Made by a program: the position numbers and the translations under genes. A stretch of DNA of 64,000 nucleotides from the human T2T-CHM13v2.0 reference genome, Homo sapiens, in the NCBI RefSeq assembly GCF_009914755.1, contig NC_060947.1; one strand, 5' to 3'. Every line of letters begins with the position of its first letter. The first letter of the stretch is position 1. Of this stretch, positions 43,360-56,830 are shown piece after piece. Below the pieces are notes generated by a model. That model searched no databases. It was not told the DNA's origin and was given only the letters and a program-made list of their open reading frames with translations.

Positions 43360-45678
43360 GATTTTTATTTTTTTTTGTATATATATATATATTTATGGGG
43401 TACATGAGATATTTGGACACAGGCATGCAATGTGAAATAAGCACATCATGAAGAATGGGGTATTCATCCCCTTGAACATTTATTCTTTGAGTTACAACAA
43501 TCCAATTATACTCTTCGAAATATTTTAAACTGTACAACGAAGCTATTATTGACTATAGTTACACTGTTGTGTTATCAAACAGTAGGGGTCATTCATTCTT
43601 TCTGTTTTTTCTGTACCCATTAACCATCCCCATCTCACCTGCCCCAGTCCCCTGCTAACCTTCCCAGCCTCCGGTAACCATCCTTCTACTCTCTATATCC
43701 ATAAATTACATTGTTTTGATTCTTAGATCATAAAGATAAATGGAAACATGCAATGTTTGTCTTTCTGTGCAGGACTTATCTCACTTAACAAAATGATCTC
43801 CAGTTCCATCCATGTTGTTGCAAATGACAGGATCTCACTATGTTTTATGGCTAAATAATACTTCATTGTATATATATACCGCATTTTCTTTTTCCATTCA
43901 TCCGTTGATGTACACTTAGGTCACTTCCAAACCTTCGCAATTTTAAACAGTACTCCAACAAATGTAGGAGTGCAGACATCTTCTCAATATACTGATTTCC
44001 TTTCTTTTGGGTATATACCCAGTAGTGAGATTGCTGGATCATATGGTAGCTCAACTTTTAGTTTTTTGAAGAACCTCCAAACTGTTCCCCATAGCGGTTG
44101 TACTAATTTACATTCCTACCAACAGTGTATGCAGGTTCCCTTTTTTCCACATCCTCACCAGCATTTGTTATTGCCTGTCTTTTGGATATAAGGCATTTAA
44201 ACTGAGGTGAGATAGTATCTCATTGTTTTGATTTGCATTTCTGTGATGATCAATGATGTTGAACACCTTTTCATATGGCTGTTTGTCATTTGTATGTCTT
44301 AAGAAATGTCTATTCAAATCTTTTGCCCATTTTTAAAATTGGATTATTAGATTTTTTTCCTTTAGAGTTTTTATGAGCTCCTTATATATTCTGATTATTA
44401 ATCCCTTGTCAGATGGGTAGTTTGCAAATATTTTCTCCCATTCTATAGGTTGTCTCTTCACTTTGTTGATTGTATCATTTGCTGTGCACAAGCTTTTTAA
44501 CTTAATATGATCCCATTTTTCCAACTTCACTTGAGTTACCTGTACTTATAGAGTATTGCTCAAGAATTTTTTGCCCAGACCAATATCCTAGAGTTTTTCC
44601 CCAATGTTTTCTTGTAGTATTTTCATAGTTTGAAGTCTTAGATTTAAGTAATTAATCACTTTGATTTGATTTTTGTATATGGCAAGAGATAGGGATCTAG
44701 TTTCATTCTTCCACATATGAATATCCAGTTTTCCCAGCACAATTTATCAAACAGACTGTCTCTTTCCCAGTGTATGTTTTTGGCACCTTTTTCAAAAATG
44801 AGTTCACTGTAGGAGCGGATTTCTTTCCAAGTTCTCTATTCTGTTCCATTGGTCTATGCGTCTGTTTTTATGCCAATACCTTAGTGTTTTGGTTATGATA
44901 GCTCTGTAGTATAATTTGAGGTCAGGTAATATGATTCTTCCAGTTTTTTTCTTTTTGCTGGGGGTAGCTTTAGCTGTTCTGGGCCTTTTGTGGTTCCATA
45001 TACATTTTAAGATTTAAAAAAAAAAATTTCTGCAAAGAATGCCTTTGGTTTTGCATTGAATTTATAGATTGCTTTGGGTAGTATGGACACTTTAACAATA
45101 TTGATTTTTCTAATCCATGAACATGTAATATTTTTTCATCTTTTGGTGTCCTCTTCAATTTCTCTCATCAGTATTTCATAGTTTTCATTATAGAGATTTT
45201 TCATTTCTTTGGTTAATTCCTAGGTATTTAATTTTATGTGACTATTTTAAATGGGATTACTTTTTTAATATCTTCTTCACATTGTTCACTGTTGGCATAT
45301 AAAAATGTGACTGATTTTTTATGTTCATTTATGTTCTCCAACTCTACTGAATTTGTTTATTAGTTCTAATAGTTTTCTTATGCAGTGTTTACGTTTTCCC
45401 AATGTAAGATCATATTATGTGCAAACAAGTATAATTTGACTTCTTTCTTTTCAATTTAGATACCCTTTATAGGTTTTTCTTGTCTGATTGCTCTAGCCAG
45501 AATGTCCAGTACTATGTGGAATGACAGTGGTGAAAATGGGCATTCTTATCATGTTCCAGATCTTAGAAGAAAGGCTTTCAGGTTTTCCCCATTCAGTATG
45601 ACACTAGTGGTGGGTCTATCATAATGGCTTTTATTGTATTGAGGTATGTTTTTCCTATCCCCAGTTTTTTGAGGGTGA
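43360..45678 (-). mobile_element. 5'-truncated L1MA (same subfamily group as 17541-22078)
   Basis: L1MA 3'UTR and antisense ORF2 ([13 protein letters not shown]); ttatgttttga at 43338-43348 and 45681-45691. Confidence 0.9.
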
Positions 45679-45999
45679 AATTATGTTTTGACAGAGCAGT
45701 ATTATATTGTTTCTGTACAAAATTGGAGACAAATATTATTTATTCATTTAATTTCTCATTTCAGGGAGCTAGATGCTTTGTTTGACAGCAATAGCCTTTT
45801 TGGGTTGAATTACGGTTCATTAGCAGATTATGTGTAAACTAAGTAAGAATAGATTGGGACATGTAAACCAACATCTTAGCAGGCACATTATTGTTTTATG
45901 TTTGCGTGGATCACTGTGAACAACAACAAAGAAAAAACTAAAATTGAGGCACTGGTGGAAGAAAGACTCCGAAAGTAATAGCTGAATATGGATGGTGGT

Positions 46000-47860
46000 T
46001 AAAATCATGGGACTAGGTGAGACTGTCTATGTAAAATGACTAGAGTAAAGGAGAAAAGCAGACTGAGTCTAACAAAACACTGGAGGAAACTAACATTTTA
46101 TCGATGAACAGAGGAAAAGATTCTAAAGATATTTAAAAAGAGCAATCATGATAAGCATAAGAAGAAACAAAATATTGTGATGCTATGGATATCAAGGGAT
46201 GCATTTCAAAACAGAGGCAAAATTGCATGCCTGTATCAAAATATGTCATGTATCCCATAAATATATACACCTACTATGTATCCACAAAAACTAAACAATC
46301 AAAATTTAAAAAGTAAAAAGAATACCTTCATTAAAAAAAATACACAAAATAGAGGAAAAAAATTAACAAGATTAAAGGCTGTCGAGAAGTCAGCTAAAAG
46401 ATGACTCAAAATGACAATTTAACTTGATCAGTTGATAAATCTAAGGTAAAATGGTAGGAATATATGTCTTATTGAAATGGTATGAGTAGTCACAAAAAGG
46501 TGAGAAAATGCATATAATAGGATGAAAGAATATTTGTAAAATTAAGGATTAGAGTTGGTAGAGGGTTTTGATAATGGCAAATATTCGGAAAACTGCTAAC
46601 AGGCACTGTTCTGGGGTCTGGGAACAAAGCAATGAAGTCCCTAGCCTCTTGAAACTGACATTACTGTTTTGGGGACAGGTGTGGAGGACAAATTTTTTTT
46701 AATTGTCAGGCAGTAAATAGTTCTATAAAGAAAAATCAAGGTAAGGGGATAGGAGGAATGGAATACTATTTTCTAAGGAGTGGACATGGAAGATCTTTCT
46801 AATAAAGTTGTATTTTAGCTAAAGTTTTGAATGAGATGAGGGATAATCTGTGAAGGTGGTGGTTGGGGGTGGGGGAGGAAATCATTTCAGGCACAGATTA
46901 GAGCAAGATTTCTAAGAGATATATGTGCTTGTCATGTTTGAAGAAAAGAAAGGAATCAGTGTGGTTGAAGCAGAGTGTATAAGAGCAAAGAAGTAACCTG
47001 TGGTCAAATTGTAAAATGCTTTATCAACTACTCTGAATGAGACACAAAGTCATTGGTGACATTTGAACCGGAGGAGTCCTGTGATCTCATTTGTTTTGTA
47101 AAGGATGATTTTGTCTGATATGTAGAAAACAGACCACAAGAGAAAGGCTGGAATTCAGAAGATCATATCCGAAGTACTTGAAGTCATTAATACAAAAAAT
47201 AATGGTGGCTTGTAGCACAATGGTACTAGTAGAGGCAATGAGATATAAGTGGATTTTGAATATATTTGAAGCAAGCATTGTTAGGATATGATTAACAATT
47301 TGATGTGGTATATGAGAAAGAGAGAAGTCAAGAATGACTACTAGAAATGTCAGTCTGAGCAATTAGGAAAATGGAATTGCCATGTATTGAGACCAAGCAG
47401 CATGTGATAAGAGCAGACTGACAAAAGGTGGGAATCAAATTCAGTTTGAGATAGGAAATATCAAGTTGGCAATTGAATATATACATCTTGATTTTGAGTC
47501 AAGATATATGTATCTTGATATTTAGAGAGGTCAGGCTGGAAATATACATTTTAAGGTTGTCAACCTACAAGGTTTATTTATAATTGTGGAATACAATACG
47601 TCCTCTTGAGCAGTGATTTTGACTAGAAAAGAGAAGAATAGAAAAAAATTGAGCCTTAAAAATTGAGGTCTAGAAGGAGAAAAAATATCATCAAAGGAGA
47701 ATAGGAAAGTATGGCCAATAAAGAAGGAGGGGTCTCAAGAGTGGATACCGAGAAAAGTGTTTTGAGAACAAAGGAGTGATAAACAAGGTAATGCTGCTAA
47801 CAAGTCAAGTAAAATGAGGGTTCAGAACTGACCACTGAAATTGGAGACTTGGCTGTCTCT
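46000..47860 (-). mobile_element. L2 fragments
   Basis: gagagaagtcaagaatgact, ctgagcaattaggaaaatggaattgccat, gagaggtcaggctggaaatata. Confidence 0.65.
46222..46344 (+). mobile_element. Very short L1MA 3' terminal insertion
   Basis: attgcatgcctgtatcaaaatatgtcatgtatcccataaatatatacacctactatgta; TSD-like caaaa(c/t)agagg(c/a)aaaa on both sides. Confidence 0.8.
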
Positions 47861-47995
47861 GGAGTTGTTCAGGGACAAGTAAATTAGATTAGATGCAATG
47901 TACAGTATCTGCCTGAAATTGGAAACCACACGGCTGAATTTTTTTTCCTCCAGTATCCCTTAATTACACGTGTGTAAGTGTGGAGGAGGCAAATT

Positions 47996-48840
47996 GTACT
48001 TTTCAAATTTCAACTTTCATTTTAGATATAGGAGATAAATGTGCAGGTTTGTTACATGGATATATTGCACCCAGGTAGTGAGCATAGTACCCCAATAGGT
48101 AGTTTTTCAACCCATGACTCATTCCCTCCCTCCCTCTTCTACTAGGCCACAATGTGTATTGTTCCCATCTTTACATCTATGCATGCTCAAAGTTTAGCTC
48201 CCGCTTGTAAATGAGAACATGCGGTAATTGGTTTTCTGTTCCTTCATTAGTTTGGTTAGGATTGTGGCCTCCAGCTCCATCCATGTTGCGGCAAGGGACA
48301 TGATTTTATTATTTTTTATAGCTGTGTAGTATTTCTTGGTATATATGTACCACATTTTCTTTATCCAATCTATCATTGCTGGGCACCTAGGTTGATTCCA
48401 CGTCTTTGCTATTTTGAAGAGGGTGGCAGTGGACATAAAAGTGCATGTGTCTTTTTGGTATACTGATCTATTTTCCTTTGGGCATATACCCAGAAATGGG
48501 ATTGCTGGGTCGAATAGTAGCTCTGTTTTAAGTTCTTTGAGAAATCTCCAAACTGCTTTCCACTATGGCTGAACTAATTTACGTTCCCACCAACAGTGTA
48601 TAAGCATTCTCTTTTCTTGGCAGCCTTGCCAGCAACTGTTTTTTTTTTTTTTTTTTTTTTTTGACTTTTTAATAACAGTCATTCTGACTAGTGTGAGATG
48701 GTATTTCATTTTGGTTTGTGTAGCTTTATTTCTGAGTTTTCTGTTCTGTTCCATTGCTCCAGGTGTCTGTTTTTTGTACCAGCACCGTGCTGTTAGGGTT
48801 ACTATAGCCTTTTAGTACAGTTTGAAGTCTGGTAGTATGA
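47996..48840 (-). mobile_element. L1PA15/16-like truncated L1 with an internal deletion near 48720
   Basis: ccaggtagtgagcatagtaccccaataggtagtttttc 3'UTR; 15-bp TSD tggag(g/a)aggcaaatt at 47981-47995 and 48841-48855. Confidence 0.85.
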
Positions 48841-49419
48841 TGGAGAAGGCAAATTTTAAGATTTGTCTGGAATTGGTGGTTTTGTGGGGAAGAAGCATAA
48901 GAAAGCAAGAGAATTGAGGAAGCTGATGAGATACTAATTTATTAATTAATTTAATGCAATTGACAAACATGGTCTAGTTTGTACAGGAAAGAGTGAGGCC
49001 AAGAATGTTAATAGATTTGCATAAAATAGAGAGTTAAGATGCTTGTGATATCAATAAATTCAAAGAGTAACTCCTATGGGAATGGGATTGCTGGAAGAAT
49101 AAGTCATTGTGGTTAGAAAGTGAGATAATGAAGTCAAAATAATTTCCAAAGGTGGAGTAGTTGCAAGTGAAGACAAAGTCTAGCAAATGGTAATGGATGT
49201 GGGTATCTAAAGCAAAATATAGGTCAGGGTCTCCAGGATTGAAGAGTGGGCAATAAACTATGTTGCTAAGATTTGAAATGCAACATCCCAAATGACTGTT
49301 ACAATCACCCATAATTGTAACAACATTTGAGAAGCAAAGGATGATTACGCACTGAGTATCAAAGTCTCCAGTGAATGTCAGGGTTGTAACTGGGACCTTG
49401 GAAGTCTAATTGATCCTTA

Positions 49420-51700
49420 AACAATGTCTAAAATAATTTTTCTCCTTTGTGCCCTACAACTTCAAAAAAGTTACATCATAATTTTGTGTAATATCAATAT
49501 GTGGCTATCATCATTTGAAAAGTGAGCTTTTTGCAATGTATAAACTCATATCTTTTAGCTCTTCAAAAGAACTGGAATACCTTTCTCAATAGTATATTCC
49601 ATATTGCTTCCTCTTTCTTGTATTCTTTTGTTTTGGTGGAGTGTGTCCTTGATGATTTTCTGAGATAGGCTAAAAAGGAAGTCAATCTTTTAAGAACGTG
49701 CATATTTGAAACAAATTTCATTCTACATTAATATTTGAATGGTATATTTTCTGGGAATAGAATTATAAACGGGGCATCATCTTCCACTTGTGATGGCATT
49801 GCTCCAAAATCTTAGTTCCCACTGTGGTAGTTGAGTAGTCCAGTGCAATTCTGACTTCTGCTCCTTTGCATGTGACATATTTCTGGAAGTTTTTAAGATC
49901 CTACCTTTATTCATTGTATGCTAAAATTCAGTGAAGATGTGTCCTGATGTGGGCTTTTTTTTTTTTCATTCTTTTAATTGGAGAGTAGGGGAAGAGACAT
50001 ATGGTAAGCCCTTTTAATCACCAACTGTGTCCTTCAGTTATGGGAAATATTTTTGGAGTAATTGTTTGATACTTCTCTTCCTATTTTCTGTGTTTTCTTT
50101 CTTCACTTTGTCAGACTTCTTGGATTCATCTTGTATGTTTTGTACCACTTTCCTTTTATTTTTTTTCTTTTCTCTAAGGAGGGAGTGTAGTGGTTAGATA
50201 AGCATTTCCTCTGGAGCTAGAGGTTCTGGGTTCTAATGTGAGCTCCACCATTTACTAGGTTTTGACTTTGGACAAGTCACTTGTCTTCTTTGTTACTCAG
50301 TTTCCCTATATAGAAATTGAATAGTGTCTATCTTAGGGTTTGTTGTTAACAGAAAATGAATTAATGCATGCAAAGTGCTCAGAACAGTGCCTAGCACATT
50401 ATAAGAGCTATATAGAATTTTTTATTATATTGTAATTATTACTTTATAGCTTTGATGTTCTACCTTCTGTACATGTCCTCAACTTTGCCTTTAACTTCTT
50501 TTGATGATTTTTTTAGAAGTTTTGATATTATTTAATTTTCAAGATTTTTTCTTGAACAGCATGGTGACAGTAGTTAGTAATACTGTATTGTATACTTGAA
50601 ATTTACTGAGAGAATAAATTTTAAATGTTCTCACCACACACACAAAAAGATATGTGAGGTGATGAATATGTTAATTGGCTTGATTGTAGCCATCATGAGA
50701 CAATGAATACATATATAAAAATATCACATTATACACTGTAAATATTTATAATTTTTGTCAATTATACCTTAGTAAAGCTGGACAAAAAGAGACTTTTTTT
50801 ATTTGGCAATCTATCATGATCCTATATCTTTTCTTTCTCCAAGTTGTTAGAGTTTTTCTCAAATCTTTCTTATGCTTTCTCACATTGTCTGTTTCTGTTT
50901 GTTTCCTTTTTCTATTTGTTCATTTCGGCCTATGTTTCACATTGAAAATTTTCATCAAATATCGGACATCCTTGGCTCTCTACTCACATTTAAGAGTGAA
51001 GAAAGAACTGACCATTTATATTTAAGAGTAAAACTAAAAAGCTATTTGAAAGGTCTTCGTTATTTTCTTAGTTAACTGGTGATATTCACTGTAAAGTGAT
51101 TGTGTAGAGACACAGATACCTGGAAGGGGGACTGCCAATTTGTTTTTCCCCTTTGAGGAGGCACTGATTCTTCAAAAATAAATTCTCTCAGCTCTTTCCT
51201 GGTTGCTTGTGTTTGAGAAGAGTTTAGGCATTTCAATTCTTCCTATGAAATAATTCACTTAATCCCACTGTTTTTTGTTTGTTTCTTCCTTCCACCCGCC
51301 ACTGTGCTTGAAATTTCAATCTGGAGCCTTTCTTAAATCTTTCCAAAGAATAGACATTTGATCACCTACTAGAGTGAAGAGCACCTGGAATTCTAGTATC
51401 TCCTTATATAGTTTTTAAATAATTCCTCTGTTTTCTGCCCTATACATTTTTCTTCCATCATCTTTCGAGATACTTGGTGTTTCAAACTCTTGAGCCTTTG
51501 CAGTTTCCATGGGCTGCAATAACTCGCTTCTTACCAGCATTTCCTTCTGTAAGCATTTCAATCTTGATTTAATTAGCTTTGTTCAGTCAACATGCTTCCA
51601 TCTGTTTTCTATCTTTCAAATTTATGTTAATATTTCTCATCAATTTTTGTCTCTTCTTGGGGTTCCTTTATCCTCGTGGGTTTATGCCTTTCATTCCTCA
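49420..51700 (-). mobile_element. Very old L1M/HAL1-like 5' region, interrupted by a MIR (~50181-50440) and an L1MA 3' fragment (~50556-50790, +)
   Basis: T-rich antisense ORF1-like motifs (tttctgggaatagaatt, gtcctgatgtgggctttt, tcagttatgggaaatattt); MIR core; L1MA ttttaaatgttctcaccacaca. Confidence 0.5.
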
Positions 51701-51950
51701 TAGTACTTGAGGGCACAGGTTCTAAAGCTGAACTCTTTGGGTTGGAATCCTTGCCGTGCCGTATTACCAGCTGAGAGAGCATAGGCCATTTACTTAAGTT
51801 GTCTGCATTTCTATTTTTTTCTTTTCCTTTATTTTCGTGTTGAAAAATAAAAATAAAAAAGCACTTGTATCATAGAAGTTAGTACATGCAAAGTACTTAG
51901 AACAGTGTCTGACACAAAGTACCTGTTCAATAATCGTCAACTGTTATTAC
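51700..51950 (+). mobile_element. MIR
   Basis: gggttggaatccttgcc...aaagtacttagaacagtgtctgacaca. Confidence 0.7.
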
Positions 51951-52229
51951 TGTTATCACTATTAACATTGTATTATTATTTAGAAGTTTCAGATAGGAGT
52001 AGAGATAGACATGTGCATTTAATTATCTATGTTTAACCATTAATTTATTTTTTAAATGTAGATGGGACAAGTGAAGACTCTATTATTAATTGTCCTGGAG
52101 AACTGAGAAGAATAGGACAGAGTAATTGTGGTCAGCTTTTATACATGACATTACTTAAGAGCCTGGAATGAATAAAGTTTAAATAATTAGGTGCATGAGT
52201 CATTGCATTTCTCTGCTTTTCTGAACTCA

Positions 52230-52890
<661 letters not shown>

Positions 52891-54104
52891 GGAAGGGCAA
52901 GTAGATATTTAGTAGGCAAACAAGTGATGCCGAGAAAGGGATTCTCCAGGTTGTTCCATAAAGTCATAAATATTGAGTATACCTCAATAAAATTCAGACC
53001 TATAATTTTAATGAACATGTTGGGAAAGCAAAAGTTGATTTCCCTAATGAGTCTTTGCCTAGTAAGTATTCTGTAACGCCTAATACTAGGCTTATCGGTA
53101 TTCAAATCAAATTGCTATTGTAACTTAAAGCTTGCTTACCACAGTGTTGCAAATAGCCAGCTTCATTGTTCAGATAAAAACAGATAAACTTTCCCAAAGT
53201 TAACTACTTCCTTCCTTTTTAGACATGCATAAGATAGACGAAAACTGGGTAAAATAAATATAAATGTATATACTGCATTCAGAAGTGAATGTCAGTGGAG
53301 TTTCTTGACTCTTACCTATGCCCAAAGAGTATCTGAGAAAAGTGAATGAATTGCTTACCTGACTTCCTGTCTTCCTGAGTCTTCAGAGAATGAATTACAA
53401 TTCCCCATTTTGCCTTACACATTTTAGTGAGCTAATTACAACACTTTTACAGTTCAGCCTCCTTAAAAATCAAATTGGAAGTTGTGATAAACCTACTGGC
53501 AATTAAGAGACAGCAAGATGGATTATCTCCAGATGCTCACGGGACTTCTTGAAGTTTGGAGTCACATCTGTTTCTGCTACACTTTGGTATTTTTTGTTGT
53601 TGTTGTTGATGATGGAAGCTTTCTGTGGCCCTGTTGAGTTGCAGTATGCAAATAAGCTTTATCCAAGCATGCTTACTTCCTGGGATGAAAAGTTTCCAGG
53701 CAGATACACAGCAAGAAGTCATGGTACATTCATTCTCAGAGCCTGAAAAATGTATGCTAGGTCTCATAAGTAAACTTCCAATTTTGGAGAGAGACAGTGG
53801 AAGCTTGTGATATTTTTCGGTGTGATTTGGATTGGAAAAGAGGTGAAACATTTTTCTACTTTGGAATGCACTGATAAGAATAAAAATAATGCCCCTAAAT
53901 AAGTCCAATAAAGCCTGGAGTAGTCTTTCTTTCAGTTTCCTATTTCTTCTTCATTCAGGTTTCCTACAAAACTTCCATATAATTCTGCATTAGGAGCACA
54001 TATGTAGAAAGTTATAAAATGAGGAGACATTTTTCTTTGGCACAGATACTTTAGTGACATTAAAGATTAAAGTTTTTTTTTATAACAGTTTTTTTTGGGG
54101 CTTC

Positions 54105-54481
<377 letters not shown>

Positions 54482-54625
54482 CTAGTACAGGGTTAAATGT
54501 GATGATGCAAGATAGGTAAGAGTTAAAACACACAGTTTGTACCCCTAATTCTGATTAGGCTTCTTTGAGAGAAGTATAGTGTCTGGAATGAAATAGTTTC
54601 ATTCTGCTGTGTGATGGTGAGCCTA

Positions 54626-54993
54626 TGCTATGGTCTAAATGTTTGTGTCCTCGTGCCTCCCAATTCATATGTTGAAACCTAGTCTCTAATGTGGTGGTAT
54701 TAAGAGGAGGACATTTTAGGAGGGGATGAGGTCATGATGGCTCTATCCTCATGATTAGTATTAATGCCCTTATAAAAGGGGCCCCACGGAGCTTCTTCAC
54801 CCCTTCCACCATGTAACGATGCATCAACAAGGCACCATCTATGAAGCTAAGCGAGCTCTCACTAGACACCAAATCTGCTAATACCTTGATCTTGGACTTT
54901 CCAGTTTCCAGAACTGTGAAAAATAAATTTCTGTTGTTTATAAATTACCCAGTCCAAGGTATTTTGCTATAGCAACCCAAATGAACTAAGGCA
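54626..54993 (+). mobile_element. MLT1A0 solo LTR
   Basis: tgctatggtctaaatgtttgtgtcc...gaactaaggca; TSD gccta/ggcta. Confidence 0.88.
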
Positions 54994-55099
54994 GGCTATA
55001 CCTTGAATAATATATTTATTTCTGGTTGTCACACTAAGAAAAGCCATCTAGAGGGTAGAACTGTGTATGTAGAATAAAAAGGACCTAAAGGGGTAAGAA

Positions 55100-56605
55100 C
55101 TGTCATGGGCATATGTGAAAGAAGGATTGTACTTGTTTTGTGTGATAGAGGATATAACTAGGACCAAGGAGTGGATGGGAATTATATGAAGAAAGAATTC
55201 ATTATATTTTAAGAACTTTTTTTCTTATTGCCTCTCTGTTGAGGAAAATTGAGTTTATCACACTCCTCAGTTGATGGCACACTGATTATCATTGCTGCTT
55301 GCAAGGACCACACTTATTTGATTGTTTTTATCTATTTCTATTTCTCATACCTCCAGGCAATTATTCTAATCCTTTACTGTTTGTCTACTTGTAAAATATG
55401 TTTTGTTGTTTTGTACTTGCATATTTTTAGTTTACATAAGTGGTATTTTGATATAGATGTCATTCCATTTATTTCTGTTTTCACTCCACTTGTTTTCTAA
55501 GTTCTATTTAGTTTGTTGCATGTATATCTATTTTGTCATTTATAAATGCTACGTAATCTCCATAATGTACATCTACCACACTTTACCAATTAAATTGACT
55601 GATGACTCGATTATCTATCATTTCTGACTCATAACCCCAAATCCAGTGATGAGTATCCTGAGTGATCCAACTTCCTGCCACCATAAACAACGTTGCAATG
55701 AATAGCCTTACATGTCCCATTTTATACTTTTGTAAGCCTATGTATTCTGGGTCACACAGTGTATGTATAAATAGCTCCATATTGCTCTATAGAATGACTT
55801 CTTCCACCAACAGTGTATGAGGGATTCTAGAGCCTAGGGCTTCACAAACTTTTTCTGTAAAGAACCGGATTGTAAATATGTTAGGCTTTTCAGGCCACTC
55901 GGGATTGTCTTTGCCACTCCTCCTCTTCCTCCTCCTCCTCCTCCTTCTTCGTCCACTTCTTCATGAATCACCCGTCAAAAATGTTAAATTCCATTCCTAT
56001 CTTATGAGCTGTACAAAAATGGGCCAAGAACCTCATTAAACTCTTGGGCTATCTAGATCTAGCCCTGCATTTCTGCCAACATGTGGCAGATAACTCATTT
56101 CTCTAATTTTGACCAGTGTAGTGAATATAAAGTGAGTGCTTACTATTTTAACTTCCACTTCTCTGATTATTAATTAGCTAGATCATCTTTTAAATTATTT
56201 GTTAATCTTTGGGTTTTCTCATCAGTAAACTTCCTATTGAAATAATTTACTCAGAAACTCACTATCTGTTGTGGTGGCTCATTCACTCTGTTTGTAGCTT
56301 AGGCTGGTAGAAAACTCTCAAAAAACATCAAAATTAAGTATTTCTGTTCAATAAAAGACACCATGGATAACGTTAGTGAGCAGATAACTGATTAGAAAAA
56401 GAGACTTAAAGTGCCTAAAACTGGCCATGAATTAGTATCCAATATATAAGAAACCACAAAAATCAACAGATAGTGAGTTTCTGAGCACTGAATTGTTTCT
56501 TGAAGGGCTGAATGGTCATTTGGCATCAATGTTATATTGTAGTGTTTCAAACATTAAGTGGGTGTGTGGAAAAGAGTATTATGGTCTCTTTCAACCCTGA
56601 GATTA
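55100..56605. mobile_element. L3/CR1 3' end interrupted by an L1ME (minus) and a MER58B-like hAT element (~55835-56065, with a (CCT)n tract)
   Basis: L3 motifs at ~55150-55220 and 56464-56605; caaactttttctgtaaag MER58 end; L1ME antisense ccaccaacagtgtatgaggg. Confidence 0.6.
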
Positions 56606-56619
56606 TTTGATATGCATGA

Positions 56620-56830
56620 AGCAGTTTGAGAGCAACATTTGGAAATCACAGGATTTGGGTAGTAAAAGGGATATTAGTGATTCATTTAATCCAGATTTCC
56701 CATTTTCCATGGTAAGAAACAGAGGCCAGAACAGGGGATGTACTTGCTCAAATTTCCCACAGCTAGTAAGTGGCAGAGGCTGGACCAGAATTTCTCACTT
56801 CACAGTCCACTGCGCTTTTCATTACCTCAA
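56620..56830 (-). mobile_element. MIR
   Basis: cccattttccatggtaagaaacagaggccaga...cacagctagtaagtggcagag. Confidence 0.75.

Noticed and set aside
53537-53908. 123-aa minus-strand ORF with a short poly-Q run
   Set aside because: The Q run comes from a (TTG)n microsatellite; no recognisable domain and overlapping ORFs on both strands
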